DNA from: Toensbergia leucococca
Taxonomy: Eukaryota
Length of the DNA stretch: 36,220 bases
Direction of reading: 5' to 3'
Assembly: GCA_022813965.1 (NCBI GenBank)
Contig: JALDZS010000220.1
Location: forward strand, 1-36,220
Below are positions 22,701 to 34,525 of the stretch, one piece after another (within the stretch, counting starts at the first letter, position 1; every line of letters starts with the position of its first letter). Below the pieces are notes generated by a model. It was not told the DNA's origin. It made no database searches and was given only the letters and a program-made list of their open reading frames with translations. The position numbers and the translations under genes were made by a program.

Positions 22701-24132
22701 TATATTATCGCTCATCTTGAGCCCCATCTGCTTACTCCTCAACAAGATTTGGGTGGATCCCAGAGTTCCAGCACCAAGAAATACGAATTTTTTCGCATGA
22801 ATCCACATGAGATCATTGTAGATATTCTTCTTGAAAGCGCCACGCCTACTTCCATGCCAAGCGAAGAAGACGAAGTAGCCCTCGCCTCGTGGATCTTTCT
22901 TGATATATCGGACTTCACACTCACAGAAGCTGTTGTAAAAGGTATCAGCGATCGGACCAAATTATCTGCTCCAAAAGCTCACATTTCCGCTCCCCAGTTC
23001 CACGCGTCACTCATGTAGTTTACCAACGTGCTTGATTTGCTTCCATCATTTACGCCAGTGGTATCATTTCCGGTCAAGGCACTGGCTTGCATTTCAACGC
23101 CTGTACTATTAGGGCCATCTTGAAAGCGTGTGGTCTGAGGTACACGATAAAACTTCCCAACTCCGAGTGCTTCGGCCTGTATCTTTAGCAAGTCCAATTT
23201 TGGTAAGTCGGGAAAGCTCTCTGGGTAGGGTTCAGGTTGTAGTACTGATTCGGCACGTTTGTAGTCTAGAAATGATCAATTTTGAAATTTGAAAGAGTGT
23301 CAACGATCGCGGTAAAGATCTTACATTTCTCGAGACAGTCGGGGTTTTTTCTGATCTCGGGAGGCCAGTAATTCAATCCCAAAGTGCCCTTGTCAGCTCG
23401 TAAGAAGACGTTGGCATTGAGAAGACTCGTTCCTCCCAATCCTGCTTCCGTTAATTTATGTATATACAGTCATTGTAAGAGATACACACCATTGGCCACG
23501 AAGGCATTTTGACCTTGGCCAAGCATCAGATGATATAGTCCAGTAGGATCGCCAACTTCAACATATTTGCTCTTCTTGTCATATGGAGCCAGGTCACCAG
23601 AGACGTGTAGTTGAGACGAAGCGTTGGCCAGGTTGCTTGGATATTCACCAGCTAGGAAAAGTATTTCGTGAGCTTAGCAGGCTTTTGGCATTGATTTCAA
23701 ATGTCGACGAGAGTACGTACGCCATCTCTCCTTTCCTAGTTCTAGGACGCAAACGGATTGTTTCCCTCGAGCCATCCGACTAGCTGCCACGCCACCACCA
23801 TAACCAGATCCGATGACAACAACATCGTACTCATATCGCAGTAGCTCTACGGGTCTGGAAATTCGTGGGAACTTCTTCAATGACCCGCTGTACATGTAAG
23901 AGTCAAGTTTGGCCTGAGCCTGGGACTGTGGACCGCCAGGCTCTGACGTGTGAATATCATAAGTTTCAGATTCGACGCCATTGGTCTGCGGTGGTTCGAT
24001 GGAAGTGGACAGTGCGGGTTTCTCTGCTATCTCTGGCTCTTCGACGGAACTGACTTTGCTCTGGAAGCCATTCTTGGTTGGGAAGTATAGAGATTCTGCG
24101 GCGGGCTGGCTTTGACTGACCTCTGCCGCCAT
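19729..24132 (-). CDS. Cholesterol-oxidase-like GMC (FAD) oxidoreductase fused to a C-terminal alpha/beta hydrolase, 11 exons, ~1277 aa
   Basis: Exons 24132-23721, 23651-23490, 23441-23325, 23265-22983, 22929-22660, 22610-22106, 22056-21801, 21733-21485, 21431-21245, 21187-20204, 20137-19729 sum to 3834 nt in frame. GMC motifs DVVVIGSGYGG, LELGKERWPGEYP, GLGGTSLLNANV, FLGAGTLGST, TVHPIGG, GVNPFATITALAERS. Hydrolase motifs LFIPGA, IAHCAGS, GHLDCWMG. Confidence 0.9.
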
Positions 24133-24711
24133 TGTTACTGCTGCAGATAATTTCAAGGTGGGGAAATGTCGAAGACGAAACAGGGAAAGCAACGACAACA
24201 GAAGGCAGACAATGCCATCTTCAGAGAAAGAGACGCGTTCCTGTGCGAGACCTGAAGGTTCCAGCCCCTCAGTATTCACATGTCAAGGGATTTGCAATTG
24301 ATGCAGGCTGAGAAGAGCAGAGTACGAGGCTTCTTAGCATCGACGCCTGGTTTGAAGCCACCTTGATCATCATTGGCCATGACAGCAATTTGCGCGTTTG
24401 AAGACCTAGTATCAGTTATAAGTCCGTAAATGGTGGATCGTTGCACAAGGCCATGTAAGCGCATTAGATGCAAACAAGGGTAAGACCGTCACTAATACTC
24501 AGCCTCGTCTTGAGATGCTTGTCGTCGTCGTTAACAGCGGTGTGGTAGAGGGTGGAGGGGGAGATTTATTTGTTCTCCAGGTGTATGAGCGTTGTCGTGG
24601 CTGACTGAGATGGCCGACGATTGGTTGAACTAAAAACCCCACTCGTAAATTCAGCCCTATCAAAACAAGTGCAAGCGCACCTCTAACCCTTTGTCGTATA
24701 GGTAGATCTTG

Positions 24712-24750
24712 TCTCTTTGGCTCTTTGGCTCTTCAGCTCTTCAGCTTCTT
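24712..24750. repeat. Short 8-nt tandem repeats (ctctttgg)x2 then (ctcttcag)x2
   Basis: tctctttggctctttggctcttcagctcttcagcttc in the intergenic region. Confidence 0.6.
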
Positions 24751-25167
24751 TATCAGCTCAACGGGAAAATTGAAAAGCCACTCGACTACTCGACCCCTCC
24801 TCTCTCCCCGCTCATTACTTTCGACCCCTCCTCGTTCTGCATATTGATCTGTATCAGGCCACCGCATGCGATATCAAGAACTGGCATGTGATAAAGCATG
24901 GCTTTCCTATCGACATGTCGTGTCCAATTCGTCCACACTCTCACCACCATACCCTTTCCTACTCACATGCACTGTGCATCGAATATGTGGAGCTGAGTGA
25001 TGATGGTTAGTTCGTGCACTCTCAAAAAGCAATCTGGTGAAAAGAACCACCCGTGGCCGAATTAATACTACACTATGAACCGATCGCCAGCTCCCCCAAA
25101 ACCGTGCAGACCCAACTTGACGCCTCGAAGAAAGCCGTCACATCTAGCCAAACCTAGAACCATCATC

Positions 25168-26388
25168 CTAGACGCTCGGGCTCCTACCATCCCGATATGC
25201 CCACAATCGACTCACCTCTTTCGCCGCCCTCCCCTTCCTATCTTCCCCATCAACCCCGCGATAGACCCCATCCATGAACGCATTCCCATTACCAACCCTT
25301 CCCTGCCGCATCTGGAACATGTTTGCTAAATAATGCTGATTGAACATGTGCCCGCTCCCCTCCCTCACGAATACCCTGCCAACGAACCGATTCTCAACCG
25401 CCGCAAAGTGCAGCACGCCCCATCGGGACACGAAGTCACCCGCATTAGCATAGTGCTCAATATGAGCAATGACTCGTGGCTCAGACGGTTGTGGTGTAGC
25501 TGTCGGCGCATCCTTGAACGCCGAGCCGTTGCGAGTGCTGCGATTGGTCACTGCCGGAGAGAATTTGCCGTTAGCGGTCTCGCCTAAACTCCGCAACGGA
25601 CTGTTGAAATGGTTCGCAGCATTCCCAAATGTGTACACCTCCAGCTTCGCAGTCGCGCTCTCGGGTAGGTCTGCCAATAGCCAATCAATGCACATCCCGC
25701 CCTCAATTCCCCCCTGGCTGTGTAGCACCACGACCACTTTTGTATACTGTGCATCTTGTAGCATAGTCTTAAGTACGGCGTACTGTGTGCGTATATCTTC
25801 GGTATCGTAGCGGAAGTCGCGCTGGATGAGACATTGGAGCACGTCGAAGACTATCCCGGAAGTGGGATTGTGGATTCCAAGGACGGGTCGGCCGAAGGTG
25901 AGGGCAATACGGTCGATGTTTGCTTGAAGCCAGTAGTGACCGGCTGCGACGCCGTTTATGAAGACCCATTTCTCGTGCTCATGTCTTGGGTACTTGGAGA
26001 GATCCACTCGAGATTCGAGGAATGGTTGGGAACCGTTGAGGGGTTTGCAGATTAACCAGTTGAGAACGAGAATGCCAGTCATATAGAACACAAAGGCCCA
26101 GGCGGGGATGACGGTCAATAGTGGGAGGGAGAAGATGAAGACGAGTTGAAGGACAAAGAGAACCGTGTGGAAGAGGATATCGGTCATGTTCCCCATGGAT
26201 GGGTACAGTTCATCTAGTTTGCCGTCGCCCCATGGCTTCCATGGGAACACAATGCCTGGGAGAAAGAAGATGAATTGAAAGAAGAGACGGACGTCGGACC
26301 ACATCAGGCGTAGAGGAGAAGTGGTGTAGGGAATTGGAGTATTACAGAAGGTCGCGTCCATTTGGTAGGGAAGACCTGGTATAGACAT
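25168..26388 (-). CDS. Membrane-anchored alpha/beta-hydrolase-fold protein (HSQG lipase-box type), 406 aa, intronless
   Basis: N-terminal hydrophobic segments, then WVFINGV, GIHNPTSG..DVLQCLIQR, VVVLHSQGG (Ser elbow), LEVYTFGNAA, IEHYAN..DFVSRWG, GHMFNQHY (candidate Ser/Asp/His triad). Confidence 0.85.
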   Translation of the reverse strand: MSIPGLPYQMDATFCNTPIPYTTSPLRLMWSDVRLFFQFIFFLPGIVFPWKPWGDGKLDELYPSMGNMTDILFHTVLFVLQLVFIFSLPLLTVIPAWAFVFYMTGILVLNWLICKPLNGSQPFLESRVDLSKYPRHEHEKWVFINGVAAGHYWLQANIDRIALTFGRPVLGIHNPTSGIVFDVLQCLIQRDFRYDTEDIRTQYAVLKTMLQDAQYTKVVVVLHSQGGIEGGMCIDWLLADLPESATAKLEVYTFGNAANHFNSPLRSLGETANGKFSPAVTNRSTRNGSAFKDAPTATPQPSEPRVIAHIEHYANAGDFVSRWGVLHFAAVENRFVGRVFVREGSGHMFNQHYLANMFQMRQGRVGNGNAFMDGVYRGVDGEDRKGRAAKEVSRLWAYRDGRSPSV

Positions 26389-27720
26389 TGTTAAGGGATA
26401 AATGAAGGTAGCAACAGACGCTTAGGGATTGCAATAGAAATTGATATGCGGGAGACAGGCATGCCATCTTCGTGGATTTTATAAATTCTCAGAAGTTCAG
26501 GTTGCACAACCGGAAAAGGTAGGAGTAAGCGTCATGAGAGTGAACTCCGGGCCTGGATTGGGGACTCGGTGAGGCCACTATACGCAGATAGCCATGCTCG
26601 GCCCAGCGGTGAAGAGTGATAGGGTGGCAGCGAGGCTGAAGAAAGCTCCGATACGCTCAGCCTGTAAGCCACTACTTGGCGAACCACACATTCGAATGTT
26701 GAAGATGGAGTAGACGACAAAAATAGGGTCGTTACGACTGCACGTTGCTTATGCCATTTCTGGGTCTCAGAAGGCGGGACTTGAGACCAAATCAGACTTA
26801 ATCAAAGACGAGCATGGCAATAGAGCATAGCTAGTATGATGCATCATCGGTATAGCCTTGTAGCCTTCTGTGACTGTCGCGATCCACAGTTCCACGAGTC
26901 GCTGTTGATGTACGTTGTCGGCAAGAGTAAATGCCACGCCCAGAATTCTTCGGCGCAGTCTTCAGACCCAGGACCTATGGTTTTTCAGGCACCTTCAGCA
27001 TTTGCAAGTCATGATCCGAGTCCTTTATTACTGTAGCCGGTCAAGTGTCCTCTTTGCTTGTTCCCATTAGCGCCATCAGGCGTACTTCCCTCGTCAATCC
27101 TTGTTATGTTCTATTCCTGGGACTGCCAGCTGAGGCCACAACCTGAGCTGTGAGTCGATTGCGCTGCGCTCTCTTCTGTCTCGATCTTTTTGAAAACCAA
27201 CCATCAATCTTTGGGCGACGCTTAGATTTTCTACGATAACTTCTCCACTGACACATCCGGCTTGTGGAGAGAGTGGATGGAAGGTGAAAATATCTGCAGC
27301 CATTCGAGAAGCATTGATATGAATCAAATATGTTCTCCTGTCTCGACAGATTTTACTGTCGCAACGCTCATCACTACAAGAATGGCGATCAAGGATTTTG
27401 GCCTGTACAGAACAAACAGGTCAGCAAGTGACACGATATGTCCACAGGAAGATTTTACCGAGACGTGCAGACTCACAGAACATATGATCAAGATCACAAG
27501 CTCAAAAGATGCCCAATGTGATGAGATTCTTCAGAGGCGACCAAAGAATATCCACGCGCTTGTTGTCATGACTGTTTCACAGTATAACGGTATTTCAGGA
27601 CGAGGGTTTTTGGCGCGACCCAAGCCTCGTATCGGCTAGGCTCACAGCTACGATGCTCAAGAGTCACTTGATCTCCCTTCATTTGACTGTGAATTGATAA
27701 GCCGCGAGAGTCGCAAAAAC

Positions 27721-28651
27721 ATGGCCTGGTCATTGTTCAGTTGCTATGAACTTCTTTTAGGCGCCTTTGTTCAGGGCATAAGCACACCTGTTTCTCCCAT
27801 GCTAGAAACCCGTTCTACTTTGCAGTTGTTGGATCCGGGTGACCCAAAAGTCCGAGCCGAAATTGAGGCACCTGCAGCCAGGTCAGCGGACGCCCCCGAT
27901 TACACCATACTCGTCAGTGGTAATTGGAAACAATAGAATCGCAGCCTCTTCCATAATTCGCTTCAGAGTAGACACATCCGGCGAAAAGGTTTCCTCGAGA
28001 GTGAATTTTCTTCACCACCACGTCTCCGAACCCTTGGCACTATCGAAACGAAGCCTCGACTTCGTGCGCATCATCAATACATGTCCAACGTGAAGAGACA
28101 CCTTCGTTCAGTCTTGGTGTCACCATTACCTCTCCGCTCAATCTTACAGCAAAAATTGTAAAATCGGGGGGGAATGGGGGGGTTCGGAATATATTGACGG
28201 TTCCTGCCGAAACGACGAGATTTGCGTCGAGAGACAAAACGGAATGCAGGGAAGTCTAGCAGATTGCATCACTAATGACCACTATGCAAAGATTGCGCAG
28301 GTGCTTGTCAACAAGGAGTTCACGACAGCACCAGGGGGAGGCTTCTATCAATACTTCGAATTCGAGCTGAGAGAGGAGTATGTTATCAGTGCCATCTTGA
28401 CCACTTTAGACAGCCAATCCAACGTCAATGCGTCAACCTTGGACATTTGGCCAATGGCTCTTGATGAAGACGCCTTTTTCAAGACTCCGGTATGGTACCA
28501 GCTCCCTGGTGAAAACGCTTCTCATTGCGAGAATTGCTCTACCGTCAGTATCGCGCCTGTTCCGCCTCACACCAAAAGGGTGCATGTAAATGCGGAGTTG
28601 CAGCCAGCGACAGAGTCAGCATTGCTTTACTTGACTTCCTTTGCTGTGTAG
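27721..28651 (+). pseudogene. Putative secreted cysteine-rich protein with KR processing site; in-frame TGA at 28091-28093
   Basis: Signal-like N-terminus (MAWSLFSCYELLLGAFVQG). ORFs 27839-28093 and 28244-28651 share a frame separated only by one TGA: LSKR-SLDFVRIINTCPT*RDTFVQSWC..SKNC..GSCRNDEICV..LADC. A tentative intron 27920-27971 links the signal-peptide frame. Confidence 0.55.
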
Positions 28652-29461
28652 AACATGGAAAGATCACCCCCCATTTTATGACTCATTCCTTTATAACTCT
28701 CAGAGTTGATTGATATATAATTCAATGTCTTGTTCAAGACACTGAAAACTGCTCGGATGTGAATGTTGTATGCCCTTGCAACAAGCTCAGAAGCTCATCC
28801 GCCTTTGAAAGCTTTGACACCTGTTAGGACCTTGACAATTCCGATCAACAAGAGTTTAGATACCTTACCTGAACACTCGAAGTCGATAGTGGTATTCTAG
28901 ACACGTGAACGATTTAGACTCTGTATAAAGTCCGCTGAAAAGGGATTCTCGGAGATATTTGATCTTTGCCTTACTTTGTTTCCTGCGTAGTACGTCCCAG
29001 AGATCGATAGTTTTCGTAACGTGGATCGTAGAAAATATTCCCTTGGATCTCAATCGTATCGATGTGTAAGGACCGTCACTCTCAAGAATAATTTCCTACA
29101 TAATACCATCATCTTATTGAAGATAGGCGTGAGTTTCCTTCAGTATAGTTTCAACAGCATAAACGTTCATCAGTTCGGGACTCTAATCAGGCAAAGAAAA
29201 GTGGAAGATGGCAGCAAACGAAGCCTGAGAACATTCCAAGGATAGATATAAAAATCCGGAGGTCAACCACTACTGAACAGTTTGGAATGTAAGTAGTTTC
29301 TTGTAATACAAAGTTATTAGTGGTCACTTCTAATATATACATTAAAAACGGTCACGGAGTACTGCCATTTGGATTTCGGTCGCCAGAAATCAAAGCTTTT
29401 CCATTACCTTCACAGACAAACATCAATGGCTTTTTATCTTGATGCTCTCTATAGTGCGGAG

Positions 29462-31004
29462 TTATCCAGCAACATACAATCCCATGGCACGAACGTGAGG
29501 GTTTACCATCGATACGTTGAACGGCGTCACCGGTAAGGCAACGTCCGTAAGGAGAACGACTAAAGTGCCATTGATATTAGGATCGCCTTGGTAAGTTTGA
29601 GCGTCCGGCTGGTAGGTGTAACCGGTGTTGGTACCAGTGAGAGTAAGAGGCGAATAGGTGACGTTGAGTTGAGATACAAAAGCTGCAAAGGCGGGTGTTC
29701 CAGCTGTGGTCGACGTGACATATGAGTTGTTTGGTCCCACAGCCATGCCAGGTTCGTCCCACTCAAAGAGAATTTTCTTTCCTGCGAACGAGAGAGGTTC
29801 GGATTTGTTGTGCGCGATCGCAGGTCCACATCCTTCTCCCGTGACGTTAAGGTTCACACAGCTCATATCCGTGGTGATGTTGGAAATACTAGGGTCTCCA
29901 ATGCGTGAGCCAGTGACTTCACTACCATCAGTGGCTGTATCATTGGGCGAGAAACGGTTGATATTCGCGTTATTGAGGATGTGAGCTACCGGGTAGTTTT
30001 GCCAAACCAATCGGGTTTCATTTTCTGGGCAGTAGCTAATATATGGCGCAAGCATGGTCCAACTCCATGACTGAGGCCATCCGGCTTCGAACCATACGTC
30101 CATCGGAGTGAGACCGCTCATTTGTCGGAAAATCTGCTGCTGACGAGCCTCAGTGGCGATGGATTGAGCTAAGAGCTGCCCAACTTCGCGAGAATCAAGG
30201 TGGTTGATAAAGCCCCATACACCAGACTCGCCCCAACGTGTAAGCCTTTGGTTAAAGTCGACAAATTCGCGGACTGTCTCATAGGGATAGTTGTATACAC
30301 ATTGCTTGGGGGCGGTCTCTCCAAGCATGTTGGTCAGAAGAGTGGCATGGCCAGATTCTTGATCAGCCATAAATTCGATCAAAGAGCGATCCTCAGCAGT
30401 CAGACCGGCATCGAGGAAGTCCTGCACAGAAAATTTGGCAAGCCCGTCATGAAAAAGGTCGAGCTCAATCCATTCTTGGTAGAGGCCAAGGGCGATAGAA
30501 TAGTAATCGAAATCACTCTCGACCATGTATCGTGGAAGAGAGCCATTAGTACCCAAACCACCTAAAATGATCAGCAACTTTTAGAAGCCTTCCAGCAAGA
30601 CCTAACTGACCTGCTGGAGTATATGGAGCTGGGAGAGGTTTTTGAGGAAGACCATCGGTGTTGTAGTAGGTTGCGGTAGGATTCAGCGGGCCCGGTGCGA
30701 CAGACGCCGCGAGGGTAGTTGGGCCATTTGCTGCACCAGTGGTGGTTGGGGTACCAGAGTAAGGACCGTGGTATGTAGCACTAGTATATCCATTGCTCTC
30801 AACAACGATGGGGTATGCCGAGAGAGGGGTGGGATATATGGCCGACACCTGCGAGTCAGGCCCAAAGACTGTGGCCAATCCGACTCCATTCTTCCCAACA
30901 CTGCTGACAACAGTGGTCATGGTGGCAGCTTCAGTGGTAGCGACGGGAGCTGCAAGAGCCTTGCCGGCCAGAATGGCAGCGGTAAAGACGAAGCGGTAAG
31001 ACAT
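29462..31004 (-). CDS. rds1: Rds1-like secreted stress-response protein with ferritin-like domain, 2 exons, ~497 aa
   Basis: Signal peptide MSYRFVFTAAILAGKALA and Thr/Pro-rich linker. Intron 30610-30562 (GTCAGT..GCTGAT..TAG). Ferritin-like motifs SDFDYYSIALGLYQEWIELDLF, QESGHATLL, LTRWGESGVWGF, SIATEARQQ. Confidence 0.88.
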
Positions 31005-33082
31005 GGTGGCAAAACTAAGAGGGAGATGCAATTAGAGAGTGTAGTGGGTTAAAGAGTGAAGTGTGTGAGAGTACTTATTGACTTGACAGATACGAAAGCT
31101 CTTGCCAGTTGCCACAAGCTAGGCCAACGTCGGGGTTCATGGTCCCGGGAGGTGCATTTGGGAGAAGATGTTGACCTCATCATTACGAATGACAGTAGAA
31201 TTTGGACGACGTTTCTCTGAAGAGGCAAGACCTTTGCTTACTCTCTGCAAGCAACGATAGGCTAATTAAGCTAATTGACCGTGTTACCTTGGGTTACGGA
31301 GCGCTGCTGTAGTGGAACCCACAATGTATGGATCGCTCAAGGTATATGTTCCTAGCGTTCGGCTTTGGCGGAGGGCACTTGTCCTGGTTGCTTGGTGCTT
31401 GGGTTGTGGTAGGAGAGGTGTTGCAATTACGATTACACCTGCATTCGTTGATGGTCTCACTGGTCTCTTTCTGTCTCGGGTGGAAAGAGGAAAAAGTATG
31501 TCCCCGTAAGGCTACGGAGTAGAATAGTCTCAGATGATGTATTAATACCGATGGTGACGTCATCCCCGTTCCCAGGATCTTGGTCAGGAGTGTCGAACCC
31601 ACCGATACTCGCAGCGACTTTTTCTCAACAAAACCCTCCTTCCTCGTTACCTATCTAACATATGTATGTATATAAGTTCCATCTACACTTCTACTGTCAT
31701 GAACATGTCAACAGAAGAAACAAGCTTGCCTATCAGTCGTGGGGTACTCTATTCCATATTCACGCAGTCTCGTACTTGTTCTACTTTACTCCGGCAGTTT
31801 GAGACATGGTTCATGTTCCACTTTCCTCGGACTGCCGAAGTACTCTAGTACCCTAGCTGCCTAGGTAGGTAGTACCTTATGCAGGTATCACGCCAGGCCC
31901 ATCAGCTAACCCGGAACCAACGATGCACTTGGCATAGGATATTCGGGGCCACTTGAACTTGCTCTACATATGGCCCATGCTCCCAGATATGCAGGTCCGC
32001 ACATCATGCAACGCTTGATGGGCTTTTGATTCGTAGGTAGCTTTGATAGCACATGTTTTATTGGCCTTCGTTATAGGCAATTGACATTAGCCATCTTCTA
32101 TCGTTTGATCATGAATTGATTAATGATGTTGGTGGTTTCCGAGGATTTAATAAGATGGAGGCACTCCTCTATCACTTGCTAGAATCATTACGTGTTCTGA
32201 CCTTGCTGACATTATGTGAGTACTCGTACGAGCACAAGTACTCGATGGGTCCTCAAAAAATGAGTACCATGGATCTGATCCAGAGACACCAATTACCTCC
32301 CAACAATTCTCGTCACAATTGAAGCTACTCCCAAAGATCAAGTAGCTTCCAACTGAAAACCCAAAGCTCGTACATCATACCCGGCAGGATAACTTCAAGC
32401 ATATCGACACGCTCAATTCCAACCTCTTTTCCAAGCTTGTTGGCCTTTAGGACTACTAATTCAAATGTACATGAGATGTATTGTAAAAGAGATCAGTGCT
32501 TCACTCGCGTCTTTTCGCGTTGGATAATACCTACTTCTAGGCTTTGCACGCCATTATGAACACTTTAGCCCTGCAGTCGTGACAAGAGCGAGCCTTCGGC
32601 TACCTTCCTCAGCTGCTCACATCAGTAAATTCTTATCAACAGGATGCCTCTTATAATACGTTGGCAATCCCGTTGGCGATCTCTCGGGCAGCAAACAACA
32701 GTGACAGCTTGGAGACTGGGTAGCCAACGGATTATGAAAAAAAGCTTTTAATAAATGAACCTCTTCAAAATCCTAAACCCCGCGATAAGTGTGACAGAAA
32801 CCACAGGTTCTAGACTTTCAATATGATCAACACATCTATAAATGAAAACTAGAGCGTTGTTCTATTCGTAGTGAGGAAAGAAATACCGTCATTGATTCAA
32901 GATTTCTTCTTTTCTAACAGCATACTGTCATCGTGTCAAACAGTGAATCATATAAAGGGGGTGAGACCTATTCTGGCATGTGAACAGCTTTTCGTAATGA
33001 ACCAAGTACTATATCAACAATCTCTGAAGCTCTAAGAGACCATATCCTCTCTTTCATTCGGTCTCTCTTTCTCTCCTTCCTC

Positions 33083-33823
33083 TCATTCGACCTCTCCTTC
33101 CACCCTTCCTTCTCCCTCTCCTTCTACCCCTTCCTCCATCTCCCCTTCTTCCACCTCATCTTCCAAAAAAGAGTCCAGATCAAATTTAGTCGCCTTCAGA
33201 ATCCCCACCGTCCTCCGCACCACTTCATCCACGTACTCATCCATACCATGGCCTCTTACCAGTCTGCACTGCGCATCGCATCTGTCCGGATGCCCTCTAT
33301 GAGAAGGAATCGCTCTAGGGCAGACATACACCTTCTTGGTTTTCCAGGTAGGATGGAATCCATGATGATATTCGACTTCCACATTCCCGCCCCCGAAAAC
33401 GACCCGAGTCTTCCATCTCCTCGGCGGAATAATACGTCTTTATGACTTGGAGGTAATCTTGGTCCTCGATCCATTTTTCGAGATCAAAGATCCGGAACCG
33501 TTTGGCCTGACTCCAGACGGCGAGATATAATGCATAGTCATGACCTTTTTTCCTATCCCAAAACAGAGGAAGCACCCTGTCCCGAAGATAACGTAGCACG
33601 TGCTGGAATGTGTTCTCATCCGCGTCAATGAATACCGACACATTCGATTGGTCCTTAGCGGTACGCAGCAGCTCTTCAAAAAATGAGCCTTTTTGCATCA
33701 GAGTCGTAGGGGTAGTGGTGAAGTGCCACTCGCCCACTTGAATGTCCAGCTGCGTAACTTGAATCAACGATTGCAGCGAGATAAGCTTTGGGGTGTTATC
33801 ACTGGATCAAACATTGGTGTCAT
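33083..33823 (-). pseudogene. KCTD-type BTB/POZ domain protein with Cys/His C-terminal motif; frameshifted
   Basis: QVGEWHFTTTPTTL..SFF..VFIDADENTFQHVLRYLR..LPLFWD is a BTB pattern. The C-terminal part (EYH..PTWKTKKVYVCPRAIPSHRGHPDRCDAQC) is in another frame, switching near 33385-33400 with no intron signal. ATGs at 33823 and 33814 are out of frame with the BTB frame. Confidence 0.75.
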
Positions 33824-34525
33824 CCTTTAGAACAGGCAAGACGCGAAAGAATGTTGGAGACGCTATAGTAGCTATTGAGATTGCCAACTGACAAAGAGAA
33901 CTTAGGGAACGATACAGGAAGCTGATAATTATGTACCTTCTGATGATGATCTAGGAGGGCAAAGGACTGGTATCTATAGATTCTGATAACAAAGGAACGC
34001 ATAGAATATGTATCAAGGCGCATGGAACGATAGTCACAGATGGAAGGTTCTAACAATGCTTGACTTTGAGAAGTCGATCCCAATTGAAGCTGATAGCGGA
34101 GAAGAAAAACATATACCAAGTGAATGAAAAGAGAATGGTAGACAGCGTGAAGAGCTTCACGCGCCTCCTGGAAAGATCAAAGAATAGTGTGATACATCCA
34201 AGTACTTTGTTTTCTGATCTCCTGCGTGCCATTTACCTTGTTGCTCAGACCGTACGTATTTAACCTTGTGTCAATTTGACTCTATAAAAGTTGAGATACA
34301 ACTTGGATCATCGAACCTCGAGGAGAGTTTTTCAGTTTAAAGCAAAGTGATATTGATAGCCAAGGGATCAAATTGGGTAATAAAAATCAAAAGGTTCGTG
34401 ACGAGGTCATTCTGAGATTTCACATACAAAGGAGAATTTTTACGCATCTTTGATACAAAATACGAATGCCCTTTGTGACTTCTCTCGCATTCCATTGATG
34501 AAGCTCCCTCAAACCTAGCTCAGGC

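Noticed and set aside
23674..24279. Extending the GMC gene start to 24279
   Set aside because: That start is non-ATG; the first in-frame ATG is at 24132 in good context (ACAATGG).
26532..27639. Short ORFs between the HSQG hydrolase and the secreted-protein locus
   Set aside because: No motifs or consistent exon structure; likely intergenic.
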